From a virus (lineage: Duplodnaviria; Heunggongvirae; Uroviricota; Caudoviricetes), in IMG/VR virus record IMGVR_UViG_3300032307_000505, positions 1-18,785 of that record: DNA of 18,785 nt. One strand, written 5' to 3'. Both the position numbers and the translations under genes were made by a program. The notes under the pieces are model-generated. The model saw only the letters and a program-made list of their open reading frames with translations. It had not been told where the DNA came from and did no database searches. Positions 7,582-16,613 of the stretch are shown here, piece after piece. The first letter of the stretch is position 1, and each line of letters starts with the position of its first letter.

Positions 7582-9342
7582 TTACCCACCAAATAACCAC
7601 CCGTACTTTTGGTAATCTTCTTTACTTGGTCCTTGATTCATTGGGGATTGTCGACCCATCTGAGGTACCATTGGATTAAAAAATTCGGAAGCGTTTTTAT
7701 TTTCATTAACCGCTGTTGACCAAGAGTTTAACATTGCTCGAGTATGATTAGTAACCTTTTCTAATGATTGAAATGATTTCTCGGCAACATATATTGCCAT
7801 AGCAATACTCATAATACAATCATCGTGATGCATTTTTTGATGGTCAGGTCTACCGTTAATGTAAACAAATGTATTCATTTCGTTATAAAGACGACTTGAA
7901 TAAATTCTAAACTTATGTCTCATCGCCTCTTCAAATGATGCAATAATTTGTACCCTTTTAGAGTTAAAGTTAATTCCGGGGATTTTTTCATTTATTTTTG
8001 GGTCATACTTCCATTTATTGGTTGTATCGACTCCATCAACATATAAACCTCCTTGATAGTTCATTTCTTGGAGTTTTCTTGCAGTTGAAACCCCCATACC
8101 TCCTGTGATATCAACAACACAATATGCATTATACATAGTACCCCATTTATACGCAATTTCCGCTAAAATGTCCGGAGGGACTTTTCCAACATATTCTAAT
8201 ACCTGTTCTCTAGTGTCAAAATCAATAATCTCAACACTTGAAAAATCCTCAGAATCCCCACGAGATACGTCACAACCCATAACATACTTATGTCCGTTAA
8301 CCGGTTCTTTAAAAATCCAAAGACCACCACCCATCATTTTCGCTTGTGGTTCTCTTACTTGATTTTTGGCAATATCTTGCATTAAATCAGAATCAAATAC
8401 GTTATCTCCGGAACCTAAGAAGTTACATTCTAACTCCTGAGCAACCTTACGTCTATCGTATTTTAATTTCTTAACCATACCTTCAAACCAAGCGGAACAT
8501 GGTTTGTATCCATCTTCAATGTACTTTGTAACTATACTATGGTCTCTTTCAAATGGATTTGACATTGATAGGTCAATGATAACATCATCAAGGTTATATT
8601 CTTCCCTATTTAATAAAAAGTGGACTAAATCATGAGTTTTCACCATATACAAATCTTTTGTATATCGAGGGTCACGATACCAAAACATTTCAGAAATTTT
8701 GAAATCATTCATATTTCTAAGTGCTTGGTCATAAATCTCATAATAGATTGGGTCATAACCATTTGGTGTTGAAACCACAATTACTTTACCCCCTGTAGAT
8801 AGGGATGCCATACACGCTGACCAGAAGTCTCCGTCAGCTTCAATAAACGCAGCCTCATCAAAGATAAGAATGGTTGGGGTATACCCCCTTAATGCATCTC
8901 GAGATGTCGCAACGGCTTTAACTTCACACCCATTTGTTAATTTAAAATGTCGTTGTGAATTTTTTTCATTTGAGAATCCAACTCCAACCCAACTCGGCCA
9001 TTGTTCTGTAAAACCTCTAACCTTGTTTGCCATCTCCATGGATGTATCCAATTTATTGGCAATGATTAGAATTTTTTCAGGTTTGGTTTTTTTGGCAAAT
9101 ACAAGTTTCTTAGATGCCCACGCAGCGGTTACAGTAGATACACCCGCCTGTCTATACTTAAGGGCGATATTTTCATTGTAGTTATCGTAATCCTCAATCA
9201 AAGATATTTGGTCCGGAAATAAATCTAACGGAACATATTTTGATACCGTATTATCGTATGTCTGTAAATAAGTACGAAGTGCGTAGGGAGTATTCCTCAT
9301 GCACTTCGTTATCTCAATAATTAATTGTTCTTTATTATTCAA
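7582..9342 (-). CDS. gp17: Terminase large subunit, T4 gp17-like (TTG start)
   Basis: KYRQAGVST (Walker A region), ILIFDEAAFI (Walker B), VSTPNG (coupling motif), MGCDVSRG..EDFS and HDDCIM (RNase H-like nuclease Asp residues). Confidence 0.96.
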   Translation of the reverse strand: MNNKEQLIIEITKCMRNTPYALRTYLQTYDNTVSKYVPLDLFPDQISLIEDYDNYNENIALKYRQAGVSTVTAAWASKKLVFAKKTKPEKILIIANKLDTSMEMANKVRGFTEQWPSWVGVGFSNEKNSQRHFKLTNGCEVKAVATSRDALRGYTPTILIFDEAAFIEADGDFWSACMASLSTGGKVIVVSTPNGYDPIYYEIYDQALRNMNDFKISEMFWYRDPRYTKDLYMVKTHDLVHFLLNREEYNLDDVIIDLSMSNPFERDHSIVTKYIEDGYKPCSAWFEGMVKKLKYDRRKVAQELECNFLGSGDNVFDSDLMQDIAKNQVREPQAKMMGGGLWIFKEPVNGHKYVMGCDVSRGDSEDFSSVEIIDFDTREQVLEYVGKVPPDILAEIAYKWGTMYNAYCVVDITGGMGVSTARKLQEMNYQGGLYVDGVDTTNKWKYDPKINEKIPGINFNSKRVQIIASFEEAMRHKFRIYSSRLYNEMNTFVYINGRPDHQKMHHDDCIMSIAMAIYVAEKSFQSLEKVTNHTRAMLNSWSTAVNENKNASEFFNPMVPQMGRQSPMNQGPSKEDYQKYGWLFGG

Positions 9343-9355
9343 AAGATTGTATTGG

Positions 9356-10651
9356 TTATTTAGGTCTCGATATACCTAAACTACCCAAGAAATCATCTAA
9401 TCCATCGTCTTCGTCTTCATCATCTGAATCAAATCCTTCATCTTCTTTGTAATCTTCAAATTCTTCTTTTAGTTTCATCGCCTCTTTCATGATTTCATTA
9501 AATCTTGATTTGGCTTTAGACACTTTTGAAGAATCTTCAGAGATTGCATTTCCAATTATTTCTAAAAACTCTTGGGCTTCAATTTGGTATAAAACAGTAT
9601 GAAACCAGTTTATTAAACCTTTATTTTCAGGTTCGTATATTTCGTCAGGTAATGAAAACCTAATTCTTTCAACAATTTCAGGTCCAATTCTTAATTGCAT
9701 TGGTTCATTTTCCAAAGTATCTGTTTGACCCATAACTTTTTGAGCCAATTCAGGGTTTTTAGGTAAACCATGTCTACCTTTAGCCTCTTCTAACCCTTTA
9801 ATTATTTCGTGGCATAAAATAGGGAAGATTAATCCTTGTGCTTCGATAACGGTATCAGGTTTTTCTTCTCCACCTTCATCATCTCCACCCTCATCATCAT
9901 TATCTTTCAATTTAACTTTTCCCGCAACTCCTTGTCCTGATTGACTCATCATTTCAATCATTTGTTCCATACTAAAATATAAGAAATCATTGATTGCCAT
10001 TATCCCTAAATAATCATTATAAAGAGATGGGTCAATTTCGTCAAGTCTTGCTTTAATATCCGGTTTTTGAAAAATATAATGTCCTTTCTTAGCAGCACCT
10101 TGAATTAATGCGTTAATAATGTTTCTTTTATGTTTTTCTAATTCGAAAATTTCATCGTCGGTTAAATCATCAATATCAAATGATGGTATTTCGAATTCGT
10201 CCTCTTCTTCTTCCTTATCATCTTCTTTGTCTTCAGGTTTCATTCTGAAGTCTGATGTGTCAATTCCCGGTCCTAAAATCGCTTCAATTTCATACCAATC
10301 ACTTGGAATTTCAGTTTCTTCTAATGAAGCATCTATCGCCAATTGTTCTAATTCATCTTTGTGAGCAGACTCAATTCTCATGATATTAGGTAATTTTCTC
10401 ATCATTTCTTGGAATATCATTCCTTGAACTTGTTGAGAACTTAAATCTTCTCTTCCGGTCACTTGACTTAATTTCTCAGCAACTTTTTGAAAACGATTAC
10501 TAATTAATCTTTGAACATCCGCCTCTTTTTTTCTCATGGCAGGATTCTGAGCATATAAATTTTCAGGACTAGCAAGTTTTCTTTCCAAATTTGGGTCCAT
10601 TCTTTCAGGTCTATCCCCGTAATCTAATTGTTCTTTAATTTTCTTCGCCAT
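9356..10651 (-). CDS. Hypothetical protein, 431 aa, with acidic tracts
   Basis: Long ORF tightly packed against its neighbours; no family recognised. Confidence 0.85.
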   Translation of the reverse strand: MAKKIKEQLDYGDRPERMDPNLERKLASPENLYAQNPAMRKKEADVQRLISNRFQKVAEKLSQVTGREDLSSQQVQGMIFQEMMRKLPNIMRIESAHKDELEQLAIDASLEETEIPSDWYEIEAILGPGIDTSDFRMKPEDKEDDKEEEEDEFEIPSFDIDDLTDDEIFELEKHKRNIINALIQGAAKKGHYIFQKPDIKARLDEIDPSLYNDYLGIMAINDFLYFSMEQMIEMMSQSGQGVAGKVKLKDNDDEGGDDEGGEEKPDTVIEAQGLIFPILCHEIIKGLEEAKGRHGLPKNPELAQKVMGQTDTLENEPMQLRIGPEIVERIRFSLPDEIYEPENKGLINWFHTVLYQIEAQEFLEIIGNAISEDSSKVSKAKSRFNEIMKEAMKLKEEFEDYKEDEGFDSDDEDEDDGLDDFLGSLGISRPK

Positions 10652-10653
10652 TA

Positions 10654-11490
10654 TTATTTATTTAAAATTTGCATGATTACGTCTATAACCTTATCTTTAG
10701 TTTGTTCCGGAGAAGGTTTTTTTGCCTTTGGTGCAGGATTAACTCCAGGATTTGGATTTTTACCCGGATGACTTGGTCTTGTTCCCGGCTTAGTAGTCGG
10801 TTTTGTTCTTGTTGGTGCAACTGCAGGGTCTGCCTCGTTTAAATAATTCATAAGTTCCTTTTTAGTTATTTTTGGTGGTAAATTTCTTTCCACAATTTTA
10901 ATAATTTCATTCTCAAGGAACAAAGATACGGGATTTTTTTGTTCTTTCAAAGATTTTTTTACATCCTTAACGCATCTCTCATATTTATTATTTTCTTTAG
11001 CACTCCATAAATGTCTTTCTCTAGTACCAAATTCTTTACCTAATTGTGATGTACAAATGGCCCATGGATTATCTTCATCTTTTTTAGACTTCTTTTTCTC
11101 TTCGGACATACCAATCATTTTACTATCGTGATTTTCAGGTGAAGTGTCATCGTCCATCCCATCATCAGACGCTTGATATTCGTCATGAGAACCTTGTTGC
11201 CCTGTATATGCTTGGTCAGCATCTAAATCAAAATCATCATCTTCAGACATTTCAGATTCTGTTGCTGTAACCATAACTTCTTTAGTGTTTGGGTCTTGTG
11301 TAATATTTAAATTACCAACCTTACCACCTGATGGACCTACTTTATAAGTTTTTTTAGCAGGAACTTCGGTTACTTGTTCATTAACAAGTTTACTATGTAA
11401 TACATTAATTTGCGATTCTGTTAATTTCCCAACAGTTTTTGAGGATAACCCCTTTTCGATAAGTTCTAATGCTTTAATATTAATTTTCAT
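10654..11490 (-). CDS. Hypothetical protein, about 278 aa, with acidic and Pro/Lys-rich segments
   Basis: ATG 11490 preferred over the track's 11508 because it overlaps the upstream stop (ATGAAAATTAA). Contains NPWAICT...YERCVK and a PAVAPTRTKP...PNPGVNPAP tract. Confidence 0.8.
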   Translation of the reverse strand: MKINIKALELIEKGLSSKTVGKLTESQINVLHSKLVNEQVTEVPAKKTYKVGPSGGKVGNLNITQDPNTKEVMVTATESEMSEDDDFDLDADQAYTGQQGSHDEYQASDDGMDDDTSPENHDSKMIGMSEEKKKSKKDEDNPWAICTSQLGKEFGTRERHLWSAKENNKYERCVKDVKKSLKEQKNPVSLFLENEIIKIVERNLPPKITKKELMNYLNEADPAVAPTRTKPTTKPGTRPSHPGKNPNPGVNPAPKAKKPSPEQTKDKVIDVIMQILNK

Positions 11491-11875
11491 AAATAACTTT
11501 CTTTTCAAATTCTAATACCAAATCTCTTTCGTAGAGTTTGTCTTTTATTTCTTGTTCCGGAACCCCAAATCTAAACACCATTCTTTTCTTAATGTTATCG
11601 TCATCAGTTTCCCATGCTAATGCAATTACATCATCCATTGCATCCATTACTGAAAAAAAATCGGAGTTTTGTATCAATTCCAATTTTACATCAGTATCTC
11701 TCAAAACTCCTACTTTTTTAATATATTTTAAATCAGGTGGTTGAGGGTATCCATTAGATGGACGATTATCCCACGATTCACCCCACACGTCTAAAGTGTC
11801 TGAGAATATGAATTCGTAAAGATTGTCTCCCTTATAATTAGGACCTAAACCATTTACGTAAATCAAATAACTCAT
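11480..11875 (-). CDS. Hypothetical protein, 131 aa
   Basis: ATGA overlap with the upstream gene indicates translational coupling; globular-looking sequence. Confidence 0.85.
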   Translation of the reverse strand: MSYLIYVNGLGPNYKGDNLYEFIFSDTLDVWGESWDNRPSNGYPQPPDLKYIKKVGVLRDTDVKLELIQNSDFFSVMDAMDDVIALAWETDDDNIKKRMVFRFGVPEQEIKDKLYERDLVLEFEKKVIYEN

Positions 11876-13176
11876 GACAATAATCCTTCAGGTGTGATTT
11901 TAATTTCTTTTCCTTTATTTTCAAAAACTAAATTATTTTTATTTGTTTTTCCAATAATTTTAGCACTTGTATTTTCTTCTAAAAATTTCTGAGATGCTAA
12001 TTCTTGTTCAATAGTTTCAGTTAATTTAACAACAGATTTCATTTGTCTTCTAACTTCCGAAATTGTTCTTGTTTTTTTCTCAGCAATTTTTTGTTTGTTT
12101 TCAACAATTTCTTGTTTAGTAACTTCAAAATATTTTGATAATACTTTATCTACTTTTGATTCCCCAAAAATACTATCGAAGATTGCCCCATTTCCGAAAT
12201 CAGAATCTCTTTTTTTAAATTTTGAAAAATTGTAAGAATCTTCATCATTATAAAAATCGTCAGGATTAACATCATCAACATCGTCATACTCATAACCTTC
12301 TTCCATATCACCTTCAACTGCTACATCCATATCAGCTTGGATATCTTCAACTTCACTATCGTCAGTTAAGTCTTCACCATCCATATCGTCACCACCTAAA
12401 TCTTCAGTTTCATCTTCAAATTTAGTTAAAATATCTTCTCTATCCTCTTCTGTTAATTCAGCCAAGTCAAATGAAGATAATACCATATTAATAACATATT
12501 TAATATCTTCAGAAGTCATACCTTCTTGAGAATCTAATGTTCTAATTTTTTGAGTTAATTTACCTGTTAATTTTTGAATTGATTTAAATGTAACATTTTC
12601 TTCAGTATCAACTTCAGTATCTGTATCAACATCAACTTCCGCATCAACATCAACTTCAGTATCTTCTAATCCTAAGTCATCATCTGTCATATCTTCACCA
12701 CCCATATCACTCATTGGTGATGATGGTAATTCCGGAGATGGAACCGCTGGTGGAGCTGAAGGAACTTCAGCAGGTACCGGCATATCCATTTTTGGTTTTG
12801 GAGTTTTTAAAGTGAATTTTTTTTGTTCACCATACAATGATACACCTTCTTCATTTTCGTTAATTCTATTTAACTCACCTGCAACTAAGTTTAATCTTTT
12901 GAATGCTTGTGAATATGAAGAATAGTATTTTCTATTTTTCATTGGCTCAATATAATCTGTTTCAGATTCTGAGATTGTTTTCTTAATGATATAACCTTGT
13001 CTCTCTTTAACAATTTCATATTTATTACCATCCGCAAGACCAATAGAATATTGTGATTTTGCAGTTTCATTTATACGATTAGGGATTACCTCGTTAAAAC
13101 GAGCAATCTCCATAATTCTTTTAAGTTTTTGGTCCCCTGTTAGTTTTTCACTACCAATTGGTTTTAAATCTCCCAT
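11872..13176 (-). CDS. Hypothetical acidic, partly disordered protein, 434 aa (candidate internal head protein)
   Basis: Ordered blocks alternate with Pro-rich and D/E-rich tracts, like the scaffold gene. Confidence 0.85.
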   Translation of the reverse strand: MGDLKPIGSEKLTGDQKLKRIMEIARFNEVIPNRINETAKSQYSIGLADGNKYEIVKERQGYIIKKTISESETDYIEPMKNRKYYSSYSQAFKRLNLVAGELNRINENEEGVSLYGEQKKFTLKTPKPKMDMPVPAEVPSAPPAVPSPELPSSPMSDMGGEDMTDDDLGLEDTEVDVDAEVDVDTDTEVDTEENVTFKSIQKLTGKLTQKIRTLDSQEGMTSEDIKYVINMVLSSFDLAELTEEDREDILTKFEDETEDLGGDDMDGEDLTDDSEVEDIQADMDVAVEGDMEEGYEYDDVDDVNPDDFYNDEDSYNFSKFKKRDSDFGNGAIFDSIFGESKVDKVLSKYFEVTKQEIVENKQKIAEKKTRTISEVRRQMKSVVKLTETIEQELASQKFLEENTSAKIIGKTNKNNLVFENKGKEIKITPEGLLS

Positions 13177-13197
13177 TGTATATTAATATTTGTTTTT

Positions 13198-14031
13198 TTA
13201 ATTATTTAGTCCGTTAAACCCACCTAAGGTTATTCCGTTTAATTGTGCGTATGGTACCCCATTTGCGTCGGTAAAGATAGGGTGAGGTGCGATAGCACCT
13301 TCAGGTGCAGTACCTCCACTAAATCCACCTAATATTTCGATGGTATAAGCATATTGATTATCAACACTAATTCCTGATAACGGCCACGGAGTATTTGATG
13401 GTGTTGGAGTATTTGTTGGTGTTGGTGTATTAGTCGGTGTTTGCGTTGGTGTACCCGTTTGTGTTGGAGTATTAGTTGGAGTATTAGTTGGCGTACCTGT
13501 ATTAGTTGGTGTGTTTGTAGGTGTAGGTGTTTGAGTTCGAGTATTGGTCGGTGTATTCGTTGGTGTACTAGTGTTAGTTGGTGTATTTGTTGGTGTTTGA
13601 CTTGGTGTATTACTCGCAGTTATTGATGGTGTTGGTGTTTGAGTACGAGTATTAGTTGGAGTATTTGTTGGCGTACCTGTTTGAGTATTTGTTGGCGTTT
13701 GGGTTGGGGTTGGTGTTGAGGTATTAGTCGCTGTTACCGATGGAGTTGGGGTATTTGTTGGTGTACTTGTTTGAGTCGGTGTTGGTGTCGGAGTTGGATT
13801 TGCAGATAAACAAGGACCACATTCACCATAATTTGTTGACATTGTTGCAACATAATCAGAACCTGTTCCTGGCTCCGCAGTATCAACCACTTCATAACAT
13901 CCTTGAGTTGTTACACCTGTGAATGTTAAATAATAATTTCCTCCCACTGCCGGAAGTGATGAACTGTTAAATTCTACGGTTAGTGATGAACCACCCGCGC
14001 AAGGTGCTATAAGATATGTAACGAATGCCAT
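13198..14031 (-). CDS. Thr/Pro-repeat (mucin-like) protein with a Cys-containing N-domain; likely virion-associated
   Basis: About 137 aa of TPTNTPT-type repeats between a 4-Cys N-terminal domain and a Gly-rich C-terminal domain. Confidence 0.85.
   Translation of the reverse strand: MAFVTYLIAPCAGGSSLTVEFNSSSLPAVGGNYYLTFTGVTTQGCYEVVDTAEPGTGSDYVATMSTNYGECGPCLSANPTPTPTPTQTSTPTNTPTPSVTATNTSTPTPTQTPTNTQTGTPTNTPTNTRTQTPTPSITASNTPSQTPTNTPTNTSTPTNTPTNTRTQTPTPTNTPTNTGTPTNTPTNTPTQTGTPTQTPTNTPTPTNTPTPSNTPWPLSGISVDNQYAYTIEILGGFSGGTAPEGAIAPHPIFTDANGVPYAQLNGITLGGFNGLNN
13387..13797 (-). repeat. Degenerate coding repeat encoding T-P-T-[N/Q/P] units
   Basis: ggtgtt/tgttgg/attagttgg units with variable third codon positions. 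Confidence 0.9.
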
Positions 14032-14044
14032 TTAATTTTTTATT

Positions 14045-14053
14045 TATAAATAT
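14045..14053 (-). promoter_or_regulatory. ATATTTATA motif upstream of the Thr/Pro gene
   Basis: Lies within the palindrome tatttataaata (14041-14052), about 14 nt from ATG 14031. Confidence 0.6.
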
Positions 14054-14085
14054 ACGATTATTACCAATTATTATTAATTTAACGA

Positions 14086-14817
14086 CTAATCTTCTATTTT
14101 TCTTTCAACTGATAGTTCTTTATCAGTACCTTTATTAATCGCATCAAATAATTTTTCAATGTGTCCTGACCTTCTAAGATATTTAAAAACTAAATTTTCA
14201 TAAGACAATTCACCATCACCTTCCAAACCGGATTGACGATATTTTTTCAACTTATCTTTAATTAATTCGAGTGATTTTACATCACCATCTTCAATTGTTT
14301 TATCAATTTTCTCAGTCCAATTTTGAATCTTATCTTCAAGAACTTTTTTATTAATGTCTAATTTTGATTTTTTTGGGGCATTTACCCAAGAATTGTTCAT
14401 AATAGAGTAAACCCCAGAACTAACGTGAGGTTCTTCAGAATCTTGAGCGTATAACTCAACATCATAACCAAATATTTTAATATTATGTTTGTCGTTAAAA
14501 ACTTGTTTTTTTAAATTAAACAATTCTTTATATAATTCATCGTCATCACCATATTCATCCATATCAACTACAATATGTAAATCGAAATCGGAATATTCAG
14601 ACCAATTAAAGTTAGACAAAGAACCGGTTAATATAACGTCCTCAACAAATACATCTTCACCCAAATATTCCACAAACTCATCGGCAATACGCTCAAGCGC
14701 TTTTCTAACTTTAGGAACCATTACCGCTTTTTTAGGGTCATCAGGATTTTCCCATACTTTAGGATTTAAAGTTGGTTGAATTGAAAAACTATCTATTATT
14801 TGTTGTAATTTACTCAT
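14086..14817 (-). CDS. Nucleotidyltransferase, DNA polymerase beta superfamily
   Basis: ILTGSLSNFNWSEYSDFDLHIVV matches hG[GS]x9-13DhDh. The third acidic residue is probably in YDVELY; helical C-terminal region. Confidence 0.85.
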   Translation of the reverse strand: MSKLQQIIDSFSIQPTLNPKVWENPDDPKKAVMVPKVRKALERIADEFVEYLGEDVFVEDVILTGSLSNFNWSEYSDFDLHIVVDMDEYGDDDELYKELFNLKKQVFNDKHNIKIFGYDVELYAQDSEEPHVSSGVYSIMNNSWVNAPKKSKLDINKKVLEDKIQNWTEKIDKTIEDGDVKSLELIKDKLKKYRQSGLEGDGELSYENLVFKYLRRSGHIEKLFDAINKGTDKELSVERKIED

Positions 14818-14820
14818 TAT

Positions 14821-14828
14821 TATAAATA
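14821..14828 (-). promoter_or_regulatory. TATTTATA motif immediately upstream of the nucleotidyltransferase
   Basis: Sense strand TATTTATA-ata-ATG. Confidence 0.55.
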
Positions 14829-15071
14829 CTACAATTTCTTATACTTGTAGGCTTTTGAAATATCATTTACAAAAAATTTTCCTTGGGACTCGGCCATTCT
14901 AAATTTTGTGTAGGTTTGATGAGGTACCTCATCATACTCATACTTGAATCCATTATTAAATTCAACAACAAGTTTTTTTGTTTCAGTGTCGTATTCTGTT
15001 CGTTTAATGTTTGACGATTTTATTTCATTAATAATCTTCGTCCCCTTGATTTCCTCTCTCGTAATCCCCAT
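14829..15071 (-). CDS. KTSC-domain protein
   Basis: SSNIKRTEYDTETKKLVVEFNNG..YEY..VP...Y..F..AES.GKFF is the typical KTSC pattern. Confidence 0.9.
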   Translation of the reverse strand: MGITREEIKGTKIINEIKSSNIKRTEYDTETKKLVVEFNNGFKYEYDEVPHQTYTKFRMAESQGKFFVNDISKAYKYKKL

Positions 15072-15360
15072 CGCTTAGTGGTGTTAGTTCGTTTATGTTT
15101 TGTAATATTTGTTTTAGATAGTCATCAAATTCTTCGACTTCAAAATCAAAACCTAAGTCTTTTGTTTGTCGAAATAAAGACCTTTTTTCATCATTAAAAT
15201 CTTGGTGAAACGTCATTAATTGTGCCGAGTAATATGGTGGATTTTCTAAATCCTTTTCACTCCACCCTTCTGATTGGAAATATTGTCTTATCTTAAGATA
15301 TATTTCAATTATGCGTTGTAACCCAACACTTCTACTTAAAAATTTTTCAAATGGTTTCAT
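15028..15360 (-). CDS. Hypothetical protein, 110 aa
   Basis: Has its own TATTTATA motif; overlaps the KTSC gene by 44 nt. Confidence 0.75.
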   Translation of the reverse strand: MKPFEKFLSRSVGLQRIIEIYLKIRQYFQSEGWSEKDLENPPYYSAQLMTFHQDFNDEKRSLFRQTKDLGFDFEVEEFDDYLKQILQNINELTPLSDGDYERGNQGDEDY

Positions 15361-15363
15361 ACT

Positions 15364-15372
15364 TATAAATAT
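15364..15372 (-). promoter_or_regulatory. ATATTTATA motif in a 16-bp divergent intergenic gap
   Basis: Sense strand TATTTATA-agt-ATG for the 15360 gene; 5 nt before the opposite-strand ATG 15377. Confidence 0.55.
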
Positions 15373-15376
15373 AACT

Positions 15377-15946
15377 ATGGACGCAACTGAAACATTTATT
15401 AAACACGGAGATTACAATGTCGAGAATATTTTAAAAATAATCAACGACAATAATTTGGATTGGGATGAATTTACCGATAGACAAAAAAGGTATGGAAGTG
15501 AACATATTCACACAAAAACAATTCCAATAATTTTTGATAAGTCATTTAATTTTAACCATTTAAAAATTATCCCAACTACTCATTATCCTTTATTTAAAGA
15601 AGAGATAACCAAAATTGAAGATATCATTAAACTCAATACCGGAGAAAATGGTAGAATAATGAGAGCAATATTAGTTAAGTTAACCGCAGGAGAATCTATC
15701 AGACCTCACGTTGATATTGTTGGATTTAGTTTAGTTGTTTGTCGAAGAATTCACATACCAATTCAAACAAATGAAGATTGTTTTTTTACTGTAGGTGATG
15801 ATAAAAGAAATCTAAGATTAGGTGAACTATGGGAAATTAACAACGACAAACAAAAACACTCCGTTGATAATTTTGGAGAAACCGATAGAATACATCTAAT
15901 TGTTGATTGGATTGAAGAATCTTTATTTGAATCATATGGTATCTAA
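15377..15946 (+). CDS. Aspartyl/asparaginyl beta-hydroxylase-family 2OG-Fe(II) dioxygenase
   Basis: IRPHVD (HxD), RRIHIPI, GELWEINN, KHSVDN (distal His) and DRIHLIVD motifs. ATG 15377 avoids overlap with the divergent gene. Confidence 0.88.
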   Translation: MDATETFIKHGDYNVENILKIINDNNLDWDEFTDRQKRYGSEHIHTKTIPIIFDKSFNFNHLKIIPTTHYPLFKEEITKIEDIIKLNTGENGRIMRAILVKLTAGESIRPHVDIVGFSLVVCRRIHIPIQTNEDCFFTVGDDKRNLRLGELWEINNDKQKHSVDNFGETDRIHLIVDWIEESLFESYGI

Positions 15947-16613
15947 AACACAAAAAATAATATTTTTATACCCTCCAAAAACCGCATCCAATTCCTTACG
16001 TTATTGCTTAAATGAAAATGGGTTTATTGAAGATTCTCAAAATAACACATATCTCACACCAAAACTTCATTTAAAATTAGATGAAATTATGGTTGCCTAT
16101 GATATTGAGTCTCTTGACGGATATAAAGTTATACAAGTAACTAGAAATCCTTATGATAGAATGATATCCGGATATTACCATCAAATTAGGTTTTTTAATA
16201 ACACTGACTTTGAATCGAGTACTTCAATTAGTGGATACTCATTTGACAAAATTTTACGTCATTTAAACTCAACAAAAAATTCTAAAAATTTTATTGATGA
16301 TTTTTATGGTGATTCATCTCATCACATCAAGTATGTTATTGACAATAAAAACTCTTGGGGTGGAATTCGATTTTACCACACTCAAAGTAGTTGGAAAAAT
16401 GTAGATTGTGATTTTTATCATTTTAAGTTAGAGGATTTAAATAAAGACATCAAACCGTTACGTGATTTAATCAACTTGCCCTTATCCCCCTTACATCAAA
16501 TTAATACTAACCCTAAAAAAGTTGATTATGAAACCCACAAAACCCCTCAAAATAAATTAATCATTCAAAATTTATTTTTAGAAGATTTCGATATTTTTGG
16601 ATACGAAAAATAA
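15936..16613 (+). CDS. Sulfotransferase (Sulfotransfer_2-like)
   Basis: IIFLYPPKTASNSL (5'-PSB loop), TRNPYDRMISGY (3'-PB motif) and C-terminal EDFDIFGY. Start overlaps the hydroxylase stop (ATGGTATCTAA). Confidence 0.85.
   Translation: MVSKTQKIIFLYPPKTASNSLRYCLNENGFIEDSQNNTYLTPKLHLKLDEIMVAYDIESLDGYKVIQVTRNPYDRMISGYYHQIRFFNNTDFESSTSISGYSFDKILRHLNSTKNSKNFIDDFYGDSSHHIKYVIDNKNSWGGIRFYHTQSSWKNVDCDFYHFKLEDLNKDIKPLRDLINLPLSPLHQINTNPKKVDYETHKTPQNKLIIQNLFLEDFDIFGYEK

Noticed and set aside
7582-9342. Intein, intron or homing endonuclease in terL, portal or MCP
   Set aside because: The motifs are colinear, with no interruption or splicing-type residues visible.
9795-9815. HEIIKG as a zincin HExxH metalloprotease motif in the 431-aa protein
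   Set aside because: The second His is absent and no third ligand pattern is evident.
324-14779. Short antisense or alternate-frame ORFs in the track (324-572, 1101-1301, 2288-2491, 2559-2825, 2723-3160, 4277-4471, 5853-6253, 7212-7427, 8105-8362, 8870-9181, 10119-10364, 11538-11744, 13441-13922, 14489-14779)
   Set aside because: They lie within well-supported genes. The Ser-rich ones are mirror images of D/E codons, and none has a motif or start context.
14086-14831. Stop-codon reassignment (TAG at 14086 and 14829, TGA at 11872), as seen in some megaphages
   Set aside because: All conserved genes are intact under code 11, and read-through of the TAG stops adds only a few residues. Under a TAG reassignment the 17760 codon would extend clpC by just a few codons.
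15364-15371. TATAAATA as a T4-type late promoter driving the plus-strand hydroxylase
   Set aside because: The other eight intergenic copies are oriented as TATTTAT towards minus-strand genes, so that reading is more parsimonious; bidirectional use is not excluded.
15311-15935. Track start sites at 15311 and 15900 (and 11508)
   Set aside because: Downstream ATGs at 15377, 15936 and 11490 give clean gene packing. The extensions overlap other genes and add no motif.
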